Of a stretch of DNA of 55,231 bases, positions 1 through 8,955 are shown piece by piece. The position numbers were made by a program, and so were the translations under genes. The stretch is from Chthonomonadales bacterium (GTDB taxonomy: Bacteria; Armatimonadota; Chthonomonadetes; Chthonomonadales; Chthonomonadaceae). Within the stretch, counting starts at the first letter, position 1. Every line of letters begins with the position of its first letter. The notes beneath the pieces were generated by a model that was given only the letters and a program-made list of their open reading frames with translations, was not told the origin of the DNA and did not search any database. The stretch lies in contig JBBQPO010000004.1 in the NCBI GenBank assembly GCA_038217285.1, positions 1 to 55,231 of the forward strand. The letters run 5' to 3'.

Positions 1-238
1 CAGCGACAATGGCCTGGAGGGGACAGCCATAGGCGAGCAAGGTGATCACCCAGGTGAAGATCTGGGGATCGGTCTTGAGGCCGTAGTAAGGCGTTCCTTT
101 CTTGCCGGAAAAAGTCGTCTCGCAGACGTCGCATCGCCATCGGTTTTTGAGGCTGTCGTGTACGTGGAGGTTGTTCTGGTTTTTCTGACCTCTTGACGGA
201 CAGTCGAGATTAGGGCAAAATGTAGGTTGTGGGTGCAT
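1..238 (-). CDS. IS1-family-like transposase, N-terminal part (runs off the window start)
   Basis: Not in the ORF track. Minus-strand translation from ATG at 238 gives MHPQPTFCPNLDCPSRGQKNQNNLHVHDSLKNRWRCDVCETTFSGKKGTPYYGLKTDPQIFTWVITLLAYGCPLQAIVA, i.e. a CPxxxC...CxxC zinc ribbon followed by an HTH entry as in InsA-type transposases. GGAGG SD at 248-244. Confidence 0.8.
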   Translation of the reverse strand, partial: MHPQPTFCPNLDCPSRGQKNQNNLHVHDSLKNRWRCDVCETTFSGKKGTPYYGLKTDPQIFTWVITLLAYGCPLQAIVA

Positions 239-246
239 GGAAACCT

Positions 247-381
247 CCTAATCTTACAACGACGGCTTACAGCAAGCAGTCATTCTGTCGAGATTGGGTA
301 ACTATCCTCGACGGTCTCGAAACAGGCATCAACGGCCACTGTTCGAGATGGGCGTAAGAAACGCGTCGTTGTAAGACTAAG
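247..381 (-). ncRNA. Candidate structured leader RNA of the transposase (multi-stem junction)
   Basis: Perfect 13-bp inverted repeat TCTTACAACGACG (252-264) / CGTCGTTGTAAGA (364-376). It encloses hairpins 265-268/274-277, 287-292/307-312, 315-325/339-348 and 353-355/361-363. Confidence 0.5.
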
Positions 382-387
382 TTCGAT

Positions 388-1152
388 GTGGTAATCAAAC
401 TTACGAAGGACATGCCCCACTTTTCACATTTTCACGGTTTGATGCGGTTCTACCTTTGCATGCGATCCGCGTACAAATTGACAAATCCATGTAGCAGAAA
501 TTCCCTCTACATGCGGATTATCGCGAAAACCACATTGGATTGGGATTTTATCCATCGGAAAGGGGCCCTGCCAAGAGTCTCTGTGTTCGACTTAATCAAA
601 CAGCCTTATCAGGTCAGCCTTATTATGGCACCACTGAGCTATGGAGTGTCACCGCCGATGGATCTAATAGTTCTCGGCACTCTGGTGCACTTGGTAGCCC
701 CACTCGCCGTTTTCGAATTTGGAACCTTTACGGGAATGGCTACCTTGTGCATGGCCATGAATGCTCTGGATGAGACGCATATTTGGACATTAGACCTTCC
801 GCTCGACGTCGGGCAAGAAAGCGATACCGCTGTCATCAATTCCGCATGGCGTGGCTTGCCAGTTGCCGACAGAATCACCCAGATATATGATGACAGCAAG
901 ACTCTGGACACCGCTCCTTATTTCAAGAAAATGAATTTTATTTTTGTCGACGCCAATCATGACTACGAGTTTGTGGTGAACGATACCGCGAAAGCTTTTG
1001 AGATGCTTGCTCCTGGCGGTATGATCGTGTGGCATGACTATACCCGAGCGTTCCCGGGAGTTCAACGATGTCTGGACGACCTAGGTCAGAGCAAGAGTTT
1101 GCATCATGTGGAGGGAACCCAACTCGTTATTTACCGAGAAGGACAATCATGA
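388..1152 (+). CDS. Class I SAM-dependent methyltransferase (Methyltransf_24-like); true start probably downstream of 388
   Basis: FEFGTFTG motif I, WTLDLP, DSK, FIFVDANHDY and LAPGGMIVWHDY motifs. The GTG at 388 lies next to or inside the IS end. Confidence 0.8.
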   Translation: MVIKLTKDMPHFSHFHGLMRFYLCMRSAYKLTNPCSRNSLYMRIIAKTTLDWDFIHRKGALPRVSVFDLIKQPYQVSLIMAPLSYGVSPPMDLIVLGTLVHLVAPLAVFEFGTFTGMATLCMAMNALDETHIWTLDLPLDVGQESDTAVINSAWRGLPVADRITQIYDDSKTLDTAPYFKKMNFIFVDANHDYEFVVNDTAKAFEMLAPGGMIVWHDYTRAFPGVQRCLDDLGQSKSLHHVEGTQLVIYREGQS

Positions 1153-1301
1153 GGATAGTCCTCTATTGAGGTCTCGGTTCGTCCCGAGAATGAAATTAGG
1201 GATTTAGGGTAAAATTGACATGCAGGGTACTCCAAGGTATCGGGGGTTTAGGCCTTTAATATCTATGCAGCAGCGGATCAAGTTTAAGAGGAGCGGTAGT
1301 C

Positions 1302-2420
1302 ATGAAGGTATTGGTCACGGGCGGAGCCGGTTTCATCGGGTCACATTTGGTAGACGCTCTGCTGGAGCGCGGACACACAGTACGCGTACTGGACAGTCTC
1401 GACACCCAGGTGCATGGAGCGACGGAGACGCCGCCTGCCTACCTGAGCAAAGAGATCGAGTTTCAAAAGGGCGATGTGCGGGACCGCGCCGCCGTAGACC
1501 GTGCGCTCGAAGGAATGGAAGTCGTCTACCATCAGGCGGCCGCCGTCGGCGTCGGACAGTCGATGTACGACATCGTGCGCTACATGGACATCAATACCAT
1601 CGGAACCGCCGTCGTGCTGGAAGCCATGGTCGCCCGCCGCGCGCAGTTCAAAAAACTGGTCGTTGCCTCCTCCATGTCTATCTATGGCGAAGGCCGTTAC
1701 AAACGGCCGGGGGGAGAGCTGGTTGCACCCAAGCTTCGGCCGGTTTCTCAGTTTCAGCAAGGCATCTGGGAACTGAAAGACCTGGAAACCGGCGAGTTTC
1801 TGATTCCGCTGCCCACCGATGAAGAGAAGCCCCTGCAGCCCGCCTCGCCCTACGCCACCGGCAAGCGCGATCAGGAAGAGATGTGCATCGCTATCGGCCG
1901 CGCCTACGATATTCCCACCGTGGCCCTGCGCTACTTCAACGTCTACGGCACGCGGCAGTCGCTCTCCAATCCCTATACCGGAATCGCCGCGATCTTCACC
2001 TCGCGCCTGCTAAACGACAATCCGCCGCTCATCTACGAGGATGGACTCCAGAGCCGCGACTTTACCCATGTCAGCGACATCGTGCAGGCCAACCTGCTGG
2101 CGATGGAGACAGACGGCATGAACTACGACTATTTCAATGTGGGGACCGGGCGGCGGCTGAGCGTTCTCGATATCGCCAACGCGCTGATCGCCGGTATGGG
2201 CAAGCGCCTCGAACCCATCGTCGCGAAGAAGTTCCGCGAGGGCGACATTCGCCACTGCTATGGCGATATTAGCAAGATCGCCGCCGTGGCCGGTTACCAG
2301 CCGAAAGTGACGTTCGAACAGGGTATTCCCGCCCTCGTCGAGTGGTGCCGCACCCAGCAAGCGGTCGACAACGTCAACCAGGCCGCCGCCGAACTCGCCT
2401 CGAAGGGTCTTACCAAGTAA
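1302..2420 (+). CDS. NAD-dependent nucleotide-sugar epimerase/dehydratase
   Basis: VLVTGGAGFIGSH Rossmann motif, ASSMSIYGEG, YxxxK (YATGK), LRYFNVYG, RDFTHVSD. GAGGAG SD upstream. Confidence 0.95.
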   Translation: MKVLVTGGAGFIGSHLVDALLERGHTVRVLDSLDTQVHGATETPPAYLSKEIEFQKGDVRDRAAVDRALEGMEVVYHQAAAVGVGQSMYDIVRYMDINTIGTAVVLEAMVARRAQFKKLVVASSMSIYGEGRYKRPGGELVAPKLRPVSQFQQGIWELKDLETGEFLIPLPTDEEKPLQPASPYATGKRDQEEMCIAIGRAYDIPTVALRYFNVYGTRQSLSNPYTGIAAIFTSRLLNDNPPLIYEDGLQSRDFTHVSDIVQANLLAMETDGMNYDYFNVGTGRRLSVLDIANALIAGMGKRLEPIVAKKFREGDIRHCYGDISKIAAVAGYQPKVTFEQGIPALVEWCRTQQAVDNVNQAAAELASKGLTK

Positions 2421-2534
2421 CCATTCTAACGATGCGTCACGGTCTGTGCCACAGGGCCGCTGTTCTCCGAGGACAGCGCCGGAGCCCCTGCAAAGCGGGG
2501 CGAGATCGAGGCAGGGCCTTCAGGAGTACGACAG

Positions 2535-3539
2535 ATGTCCGGGCCGAAACTCAGTATTTCGCTTGTCAATACCAATAACTGCAAACTGCTCGAGGTCTGC
2601 CTGCATTCGCTCTATGACGTGGATCATGGCGTCGAATTCGAGACGATCCTGGTGGACAACGTCTCGACGGATGGCAGCCCGGAGATGGTGCGGGCGGAGT
2701 TTCCGCAGGTCCAACTACTCTGTAACACGGTCCGCATGGGCTTTGCCGCCAACCATAATCAGGCGATCAAGGCCAGTCAGGGCGAGCATGTCTTCGTACT
2801 GAACGAAGATACCGTTGTGCACCCCGGCGCTCTGAAAGCGTTGTGCGACTTCCTGGATGTGCACCCTGATGTCGGGGCAGTGGGGCCGCGGCTCGAAAAC
2901 CCGGACGGCACTCTGCAGAAGAGTTGCTATCGTTTCCCTTCGCCGATGCGCGTGGTGGCCGAGAACCTTCTGCTGGTCGCCGCCTTTCCGAACAGTCCGC
3001 TCTGGGGCGACTACCGGGCGTTCAACCACGATACCCTGCGCTATGTGGAGTTCGTAAGCGGCGCCGCGTTTCTGGTGCGCCGCGAAGTGATCGAGAAGAC
3101 AGGGGTGCTCGACGACGGCTTCTTCATCTATGCGGAAGAGACCGACTGGCAGTTGCGTATGCATAAAGATGGCTGGAAAGTGGCTTTCCTGCCGGATGTG
3201 ACCATAGTCCACTACGGGGGGCAGAGCAGTGTGGCGATCAAAGACCGTCAGTTCTGCGAGTTCCATCGCAGCCAACTGCGCTTCATGCGCAAGCACTACG
3301 GTCCGGCAGCGGAACTGCTCAATCGGGGCGTCATGTGCGTCGGAGCCGTCTTGCGGATGACGATCTGGTCCCTGGTATCCGTCGTAAAACCGTCGAAACG
3401 CGCCGACCTGAAGCCTCAGATCGAACTCTGGGGCCGTATCTTGAAATGGTATCTCTGGATGGGGCCGCACGAAGGCATCCGTGAGTTGGCCCAGCAGCAG
3501 GCGGCCGCACTGCAGGCCGCACTCCCTCCCGCTGCCTGA
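2535..3539 (+). CDS. GT2 glycosyltransferase (WbbL-like)
   Basis: LVDNVSTDGS, GFAANHN, LNEDT, SGAAFLVRR, FFIYAEETDW motifs. Confidence 0.92.
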   Translation: MSGPKLSISLVNTNNCKLLEVCLHSLYDVDHGVEFETILVDNVSTDGSPEMVRAEFPQVQLLCNTVRMGFAANHNQAIKASQGEHVFVLNEDTVVHPGALKALCDFLDVHPDVGAVGPRLENPDGTLQKSCYRFPSPMRVVAENLLLVAAFPNSPLWGDYRAFNHDTLRYVEFVSGAAFLVRREVIEKTGVLDDGFFIYAEETDWQLRMHKDGWKVAFLPDVTIVHYGGQSSVAIKDRQFCEFHRSQLRFMRKHYGPAAELLNRGVMCVGAVLRMTIWSLVSVVKPSKRADLKPQIELWGRILKWYLWMGPHEGIRELAQQQAAALQAALPPAA

Positions 3540-3580
3540 ATCAGAACAGGTCAAAGCTGCGCTGAAGGTAGCACCAAATT

Positions 3581-4951
3581 ATGAAATTTAACGAATTCAA
3601 ACTGACATCCACCTCTATGCTGGTGGTCGCGACATTGATCCTGGGCTGCTTCATGGCACTGGGGGCGGGGCTGACCATGGACGATCCAATGATCGTCTAC
3701 GGAATCATCTATGGCTCCCTGTTCCTGGCGATTGCCTGGCGGTTTCCGGGCCTGGCCCTGGCGGTGACCTTCGCCTCAGCCCCGCTGCAAGAAGACCTCT
3801 CGAACGGATCAGGCCTGTTGCGCTTTTCCATCGCGGAGATCGACCTTGCCCTCTGTTTGGCCGTATTTATCTTCCGCCGCATCACGCAGCAGCGCGGCAT
3901 CAAACTCGGGCCCTATCTCCTGCCCATTATCCTCTATCTTTCCGTCTGTATGGCCTCTTCCCTGGCCGACTGGCACCCGGATACCGTCATGACGGCCATG
4001 CTCCAGATGATTCTCTACTTTGTCTTCGCAACGATCCTCTTCGCGAACTTCGCGGAGAAGCCGGAGCAGTTGCTCTGGGGTTTCAACCTCCTCATCGCGC
4101 TCTGCATCTTCCTCTCTTTATCAGGGCTAATCGCCAATAACTTCTTTATTTATGGCCTGCACAAGAACGGTGTCGGCTCATCGCTTGGCTTTGGCGTGAT
4201 CGTCTGCATCGAGTTATGGATGGCTGCCGAAAAAGGCAAAACTAAGATATTCCTCTTCCTTGCTACCGTCATCATCACGGCAGGCCTTATCTTTACGCTG
4301 TCGCGCGGATCGTGGCTGGGTGCCATATTTGGGACCGCAGTCGTCATTGCCCTGCGCGGAAAATTTCGGTTCTTGCTGCAGGTTATGGTCGTCTTGATCC
4401 CCGTCATCGTTCTCTTCTGGAACCTTCTGCCCCAGGAAAAGAAGGATTATGCCTCCGGCTTTGGGCGCGAACGCGACAATATCGAGGCCCGCTACCAGAC
4501 GATCGATTACGCCCGAACGCAGTTCGAGAAAAGCCCGTTCTATGGCGTCGGGATCGGACTGCGCAAAGAGGTCGATGCGACCAACATCTTCTGGATTACA
4601 CTGGCCGAAACAGGCGTCCCCGGCTTACTGGCTTTTGTGGGCGTACAGTTGGTGACGTTTCTGATGCTCTACAAGACACAGAAGAAACTCAGTCGTAACG
4701 ACAAACTCTACCCCCTTGTCGGGGCGCCTGCAGGCCTGATGGTAAACAAACTCGTGCACGGGATGGTAGACCATTACTACGCCCGCGGGCCGCTCCTGAT
4801 GGTCTGGGCCAGTGTCGGCATGGCGACGATGGTCTACCATATCCTGAGAGACCGCGAGGCTATCCAGATGCGCCAGAGCGCTTTGCGTGCGGAAGAGGCC
4901 TATCGCCTCCGCGTCCTGGAGACGATGAAGATAAGGCAAGCCAGTGGCTAA
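3581..4951 (+). CDS. O-antigen ligase / Wzy_C-family polymerase, multi-pass membrane protein
   Basis: Many hydrophobic helices, TLSRGSWLG, PFYGVGIG and N..W..LAETGVPG motifs; lies within a glycosyltransferase cluster. Confidence 0.85.
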   Translation: MKFNEFKLTSTSMLVVATLILGCFMALGAGLTMDDPMIVYGIIYGSLFLAIAWRFPGLALAVTFASAPLQEDLSNGSGLLRFSIAEIDLALCLAVFIFRRITQQRGIKLGPYLLPIILYLSVCMASSLADWHPDTVMTAMLQMILYFVFATILFANFAEKPEQLLWGFNLLIALCIFLSLSGLIANNFFIYGLHKNGVGSSLGFGVIVCIELWMAAEKGKTKIFLFLATVIITAGLIFTLSRGSWLGAIFGTAVVIALRGKFRFLLQVMVVLIPVIVLFWNLLPQEKKDYASGFGRERDNIEARYQTIDYARTQFEKSPFYGVGIGLRKEVDATNIFWITLAETGVPGLLAFVGVQLVTFLMLYKTQKKLSRNDKLYPLVGAPAGLMVNKLVHGMVDHYYARGPLLMVWASVGMATMVYHILRDREAIQMRQSALRAEEAYRLRVLETMKIRQASG

Positions 4952-5396
4952 AGAGTTTATTATTAGCGAGGGATCGAAACAGTTCGTCAAGTTCTGTCTG
5001 ATCGGCGCTTCGAGCGCGCTGCTCGACGTGTTTATCTCTCGCAGGCTCATCGATGTTTTCGGAATGTACTGGCTTTACGCGAACACGCTGTCGTTTGCTG
5101 TCGCGGTGACCAATGGCTACATATGGAACAGTCTGTGGACCTTTCGCGGACTGGGAGCGGCCAGTAGGCACACGCAGTACCTGAAATTCGTAGCGGTGAA
5201 CACGATGGGCTACGGTCTGAACATCCTGATCATGTCGCTGATGTTTCTGCTGCTGACGGGCCATCTGCACGGCAATCCTCCCCGCCCCATCTGGTACGCC
5301 GCGAAGGGGACCGCCATCATACTGGTGGCGATATGGAATTTCCTGGCGAATAAGCGCTGGACGTTCGCCGAAACCCCGGTGCAGCCGTCGGCTTGA
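4944..5396 (+). CDS. GtrA-family membrane protein
   Basis: QFVKFCLIG start, NSLWTF and WNFLANKRWTF motifs, four TM segments. Confidence 0.9.
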   Translation: MAKEFIISEGSKQFVKFCLIGASSALLDVFISRRLIDVFGMYWLYANTLSFAVAVTNGYIWNSLWTFRGLGAASRHTQYLKFVAVNTMGYGLNILIMSLMFLLLTGHLHGNPPRPIWYAAKGTAIILVAIWNFLANKRWTFAETPVQPSA

Positions 5397-5444
5397 GAGA
5401 GGCCGGAGCAGGACCGTTGCCATAGTCACGACAACAGGGAGAGT

Positions 5445-6569
5445 ATGAGTACTTTACGCGTTGCGCTGTTTACCGATTCCGATCTGTTCGCGGGAACCGA
5501 ACGATATATGCTCGATCTGGGCTGCGCGCTCAGCGATTTAGGGGTGACCGCGATGGTCGCCTGCCCCACGCCCAGCCTCCTGGCGGAACGGGCCAGCGCC
5601 GAGGGCTTGGCCATCATTCCTATTCAAAAGGCTGGTCTGATCAATCGACCGGCGGTAAAGACGTTCGTAGAACTGTTCCAGTCCGGGCAACTCGACATCG
5701 TTCACGCCAACAATGGCCGAACGATGCTGGCGTCGGCGCTGGCGGTGAGGCAGGCAGGCAAAGGCCGCTTCGTGGCGACGCAGCATTTCCTGGACCCGGA
5801 GCATGTCAGCCATACCGGACCAAAGGCGGCGATCTTTCACGCGGCCCACCGCTGGGTGAGCGGTCGCATGGCGCACTGCATCGCGATCTCGGAAGCGGTG
5901 CGGGCCGAACTGCTGAAGCGCGGCGAGGCCCCGGAGCGAAAGGTAACGACGATCCTGAACGGCATCCGCCCCCTCGATCCCCAGAAGCTCTCTCCGCCGG
6001 AGCAGATACGGGCCGAACTCAGGATTGCCCTCGACACGCCCTTGATCGTCTGCGCGGCGCGACTGGAACGCGAAAAGGACGTCAGCTCACTGATCGCCGC
6101 CGTGGCAGAAGTGAAGGTCGCCTTTCCAGACGTTCGATGCGTCGTTGCAGGGCAGGGAGCGCAGCAGGAGATGCTGACGGCTCAGATAAGCCAGGCCGGT
6201 CTTCAGGGGACCGTACAACTGCTGGGCTTTCGTACAGACGCGCAGGCCCTGATTCAGGCAGGCGATATTTTTGTTTTGCCCAGTCTCGCAGAGCCGTTTG
6301 GGCTGGTGATCCTGGAGGCGATGGCCCTGGGGCGGCCGGTCATTGCAACGGATGCCGGCGGACCACCTGAGATCGTCGAGGAGGGGGTGACCGGCCTGCT
6401 GGTTCCCCCCTCCGATCCGCCCGCACTGGCGGCCGCGATCCGACGGCTCTTCGCCGACCGACAGGCCACAGAGACGATGGGGCAGCGCGGACAGGAACGG
6501 TTCCAAGCGCGATTTACCGCAGCCCGTATGGCCCAGGATATGCTGGATCTGTATCGCCGCATCCTCTAA
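5445..6569 (+). CDS. GT4 glycosyltransferase
   Basis: ARLEREK, DIFVLPSLAEPFGLVILEAMALGRPVIAT (EX7E motif). Confidence 0.93.
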   Translation: MSTLRVALFTDSDLFAGTERYMLDLGCALSDLGVTAMVACPTPSLLAERASAEGLAIIPIQKAGLINRPAVKTFVELFQSGQLDIVHANNGRTMLASALAVRQAGKGRFVATQHFLDPEHVSHTGPKAAIFHAAHRWVSGRMAHCIAISEAVRAELLKRGEAPERKVTTILNGIRPLDPQKLSPPEQIRAELRIALDTPLIVCAARLEREKDVSSLIAAVAEVKVAFPDVRCVVAGQGAQQEMLTAQISQAGLQGTVQLLGFRTDAQALIQAGDIFVLPSLAEPFGLVILEAMALGRPVIATDAGGPPEIVEEGVTGLLVPPSDPPALAAAIRRLFADRQATETMGQRGQERFQARFTAARMAQDMLDLYRRIL

Positions 6570-6593
6570 ACAGAAGGAACTCCCCCAATCTCT

Positions 6594-7733
6594 ATGCGCG
6601 TTCTCTTGATCTCACACACCTGCCAGTCTCGCACCGAGGGGCAGCCGAAAGCCGCTCTTCTGGCGCGGTGTCCCGGCATCGAACTAAAGGTGCTGATTCC
6701 GGACCGCTGGATGCACTATGGACAGTGGCGCGCGGCACAGCCTCCCCTGGACAACGCCTTCGACTGCGAAATCGGCAAGGTCCGCTTGCCCTGGGCAGGC
6801 GGTCGTGTCGGGTTTTACATGCACTCCTATCCGGGGTTAGCGACGCTCCTTCGGGATTTTCGGCCCGATATCATCGACCTGTGGGAGGAGCCGTGGGCGC
6901 AGGTCAGCGTACAGGCCTGCCGCCTCCGCAATCGACTGTTGCCCCAAACACGGATCGTTGCGGAGACGGAGCAGAATATCAACAAGAAGCTGCCTCCTCC
7001 GTTCGAGCCGTACCGCAGGTTCACCCTCCAGCAGGCGAATTTCGTCGTCGCACGGAACCAGGAGGCCGTCGAGATCGTGCGCTCGAAAGGTTACCGTGGT
7101 CCGGCGGAAGTGGTGCCGAATGCCGTAGACGCCGAGTTGTTCCGACCGATGGAGAGGGCGGAGTGTCGGCGCGAACTGGGTCTGGCCGGGTTCGTCGCCG
7201 GTTATGTGGGACGTATGGTGGAAGAAAAAGGGCTGATGGAGATGGTGGACGCCCTGGTACACTGTCCCTCCCATTTCCGCCTGCTGTTTGTCGGTTCCGG
7301 GCCGTATCAGGCCGAACTGGAGCGGCGCGTTCGGGAGATAGGCCGGGAAGATCAGGTGACTTTTCTGCCCGCCCGCCTTCTGGAGCAGTTGCCGCAGGTG
7401 ATGAACGCGATCGATGTGCTTGTGCTCCCCTCTCGCACGACCCCGAGTTGGAAAGAGCAGTTCGGGCGGGTGCTCATCGAGGCAAACGCCTGCGGCACTC
7501 CGGTCATCGGGTCCAGTTCGGGCGCTATTCCGGAAGTCATTGGGAAAGCGGGAATCGTCGTGCCCGAACGCAACGCAAAGGCCCTTGCAGATGCGCTGCG
7601 TGACCTGGAGGCGGACCCTGCAGGCCGCGCAGCCATGGGGCTGATCGGACGCCGGCAAGTCGAGGCGAACTATACCTGGCAGCGGGTTGCCGAGCGCATG
7701 AGCGATATCTACCAGCAGGTCATGCACATATGA
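6594..7733 (+). CDS. GT4 glycosyltransferase
   Basis: YVGRMVEEKG, VLPSRTTPSWKEQFGRVLIEANACGTPVIGS. Confidence 0.93.
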   Translation: MRVLLISHTCQSRTEGQPKAALLARCPGIELKVLIPDRWMHYGQWRAAQPPLDNAFDCEIGKVRLPWAGGRVGFYMHSYPGLATLLRDFRPDIIDLWEEPWAQVSVQACRLRNRLLPQTRIVAETEQNINKKLPPPFEPYRRFTLQQANFVVARNQEAVEIVRSKGYRGPAEVVPNAVDAELFRPMERAECRRELGLAGFVAGYVGRMVEEKGLMEMVDALVHCPSHFRLLFVGSGPYQAELERRVREIGREDQVTFLPARLLEQLPQVMNAIDVLVLPSRTTPSWKEQFGRVLIEANACGTPVIGSSSGAIPEVIGKAGIVVPERNAKALADALRDLEADPAGRAAMGLIGRRQVEANYTWQRVAERMSDIYQQVMHI

Positions 7734-8920
7734 AAACGGTTGTCTACTTCGACCATACGGCGCTGATGAGTGGCGGCGAGATCGCCCTGCTGCACCTGCT
7801 TCAGCACCTCGACACCCGGCGCTTTCGCCCCATCGTCGTCCTCAGCGCCGATGGACCCCTCCACGCCAAACTCACCGAAGCCGGCATCGAAACCCATCTG
7901 CTTCTGCTCGAAGAGGGCGTCGCCCAAACCCGCAAAGACAGCCTCGGACTGCGTGCTCTCCTCCAACCCCGTGCCGCCCTCGTCGTCCTGCGCTATGTCT
8001 GCCGTCTCGCCCGCTTCCTCAAAGCCCAAAAGGCCCATCTCCTGCACACCAACTCTCTGAAGTCCGACGTCATCGGAGGGCTTGCCGGACGCATAGTCCG
8101 TGTGCCTGTCCTATGGCATCTGCGCGACCGCATCGCCGCCGACTACCTCCCCGCTCCCGCTGTGACCGGCTTTCGCTGGCTCGCCCGTCTTCTGCCCACC
8201 GTCGTCGTTGCCAACTCGCAGGCCACTCTCCTCACTTTGGAGCCCAGGGCCAGGCGCAGACGGGCACTCGTGCAGGCTGGCCCCCTGCGAACCACGCTCC
8301 AGGTGGTACACGACGGCATTCCAGCCTCCGAAGCGCCCGAGGTTCGGGTGGGTTCCTCTTGCGGACCCCTTATCGGTCTGGTAGGTCGGTTGAGTCCGTG
8401 GAAGGGGCAGCATATCTTTCTTGCGGCGGCGGCGCAGGTGTGTCAGGAGTTTCCTTCGGCCCGCTTTCAGATCATTGGGTCGGCGATGTTCGGGGAAGAG
8501 GCGTATGAGGCGCAGGTACGAGAGCAGTGCCGGACGCTGGGTCTGACCGAGTGTGTGGAGTTCCTGGGCTTTCGCACGGATGTGCCCTCCCTGATCGCGG
8601 ATTTGGATATTCTGGTGCATGCCTCGACCCTTGGGGAGCCGTTCGGTCAGGTGGTGGTGGAGGGAATGGTGGCGGGCAAGCCGGTGGTGGCGACGGATGG
8701 CGGAGGCGTGCCGGAGATCGTGGCGGAGGGAGTGACGGGCTGGCTGGTTCCGATGGGCGAGAGCGCTCCGATGGCGGAGGCGATCGTGCGCTTGCTGCGC
8801 GATCCAGAGGGTGCAGAGCGGATGGGAGCGGCGGGACGACAGCGGGTGCTTGAACACTTCAACATCGAACTCACCGCCCAAGGTGTGCAGGAAGTCTATG
8901 AGCAGATGCTTTCGTGGTAG
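7730..8920 (+). CDS. GT4 glycosyltransferase
   Basis: SGGEIAL, VGRLSPWKGQ, EPFGQVVVEGMVAGKPVVAT. ATGA overlap with the previous gene. Confidence 0.93.
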   Translation: MKTVVYFDHTALMSGGEIALLHLLQHLDTRRFRPIVVLSADGPLHAKLTEAGIETHLLLLEEGVAQTRKDSLGLRALLQPRAALVVLRYVCRLARFLKAQKAHLLHTNSLKSDVIGGLAGRIVRVPVLWHLRDRIAADYLPAPAVTGFRWLARLLPTVVVANSQATLLTLEPRARRRRALVQAGPLRTTLQVVHDGIPASEAPEVRVGSSCGPLIGLVGRLSPWKGQHIFLAAAAQVCQEFPSARFQIIGSAMFGEEAYEAQVREQCRTLGLTECVEFLGFRTDVPSLIADLDILVHASTLGEPFGQVVVEGMVAGKPVVATDGGGVPEIVAEGVTGWLVPMGESAPMAEAIVRLLRDPEGAERMGAAGRQRVLEHFNIELTAQGVQEVYEQMLSW

Positions 8921-8955
8921 GCGTTTGACAAAATTTCCTGATCTCCGCCTTTTCG

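Larger units (their letters stand above)
1..398 (-). mobile_element. Left portion of an IS1-like insertion sequence (end position approximate)
   Basis: Transposase 5' end plus a structured leader to about 381. The terminal IR cannot be confirmed because the other end lies outside the window. Confidence 0.5.

Noticed and set aside
1-30. Possible frameshift in the transposase at the C-run
   Set aside because: Recounting gives four bases, and the frame reads GCPLQAIVA without a break.
1291-1304. ops-like GCGGTAG before the epimerase
   Set aside because: Imperfect match that overlaps the SD-start spacer; no JUMPstart context.
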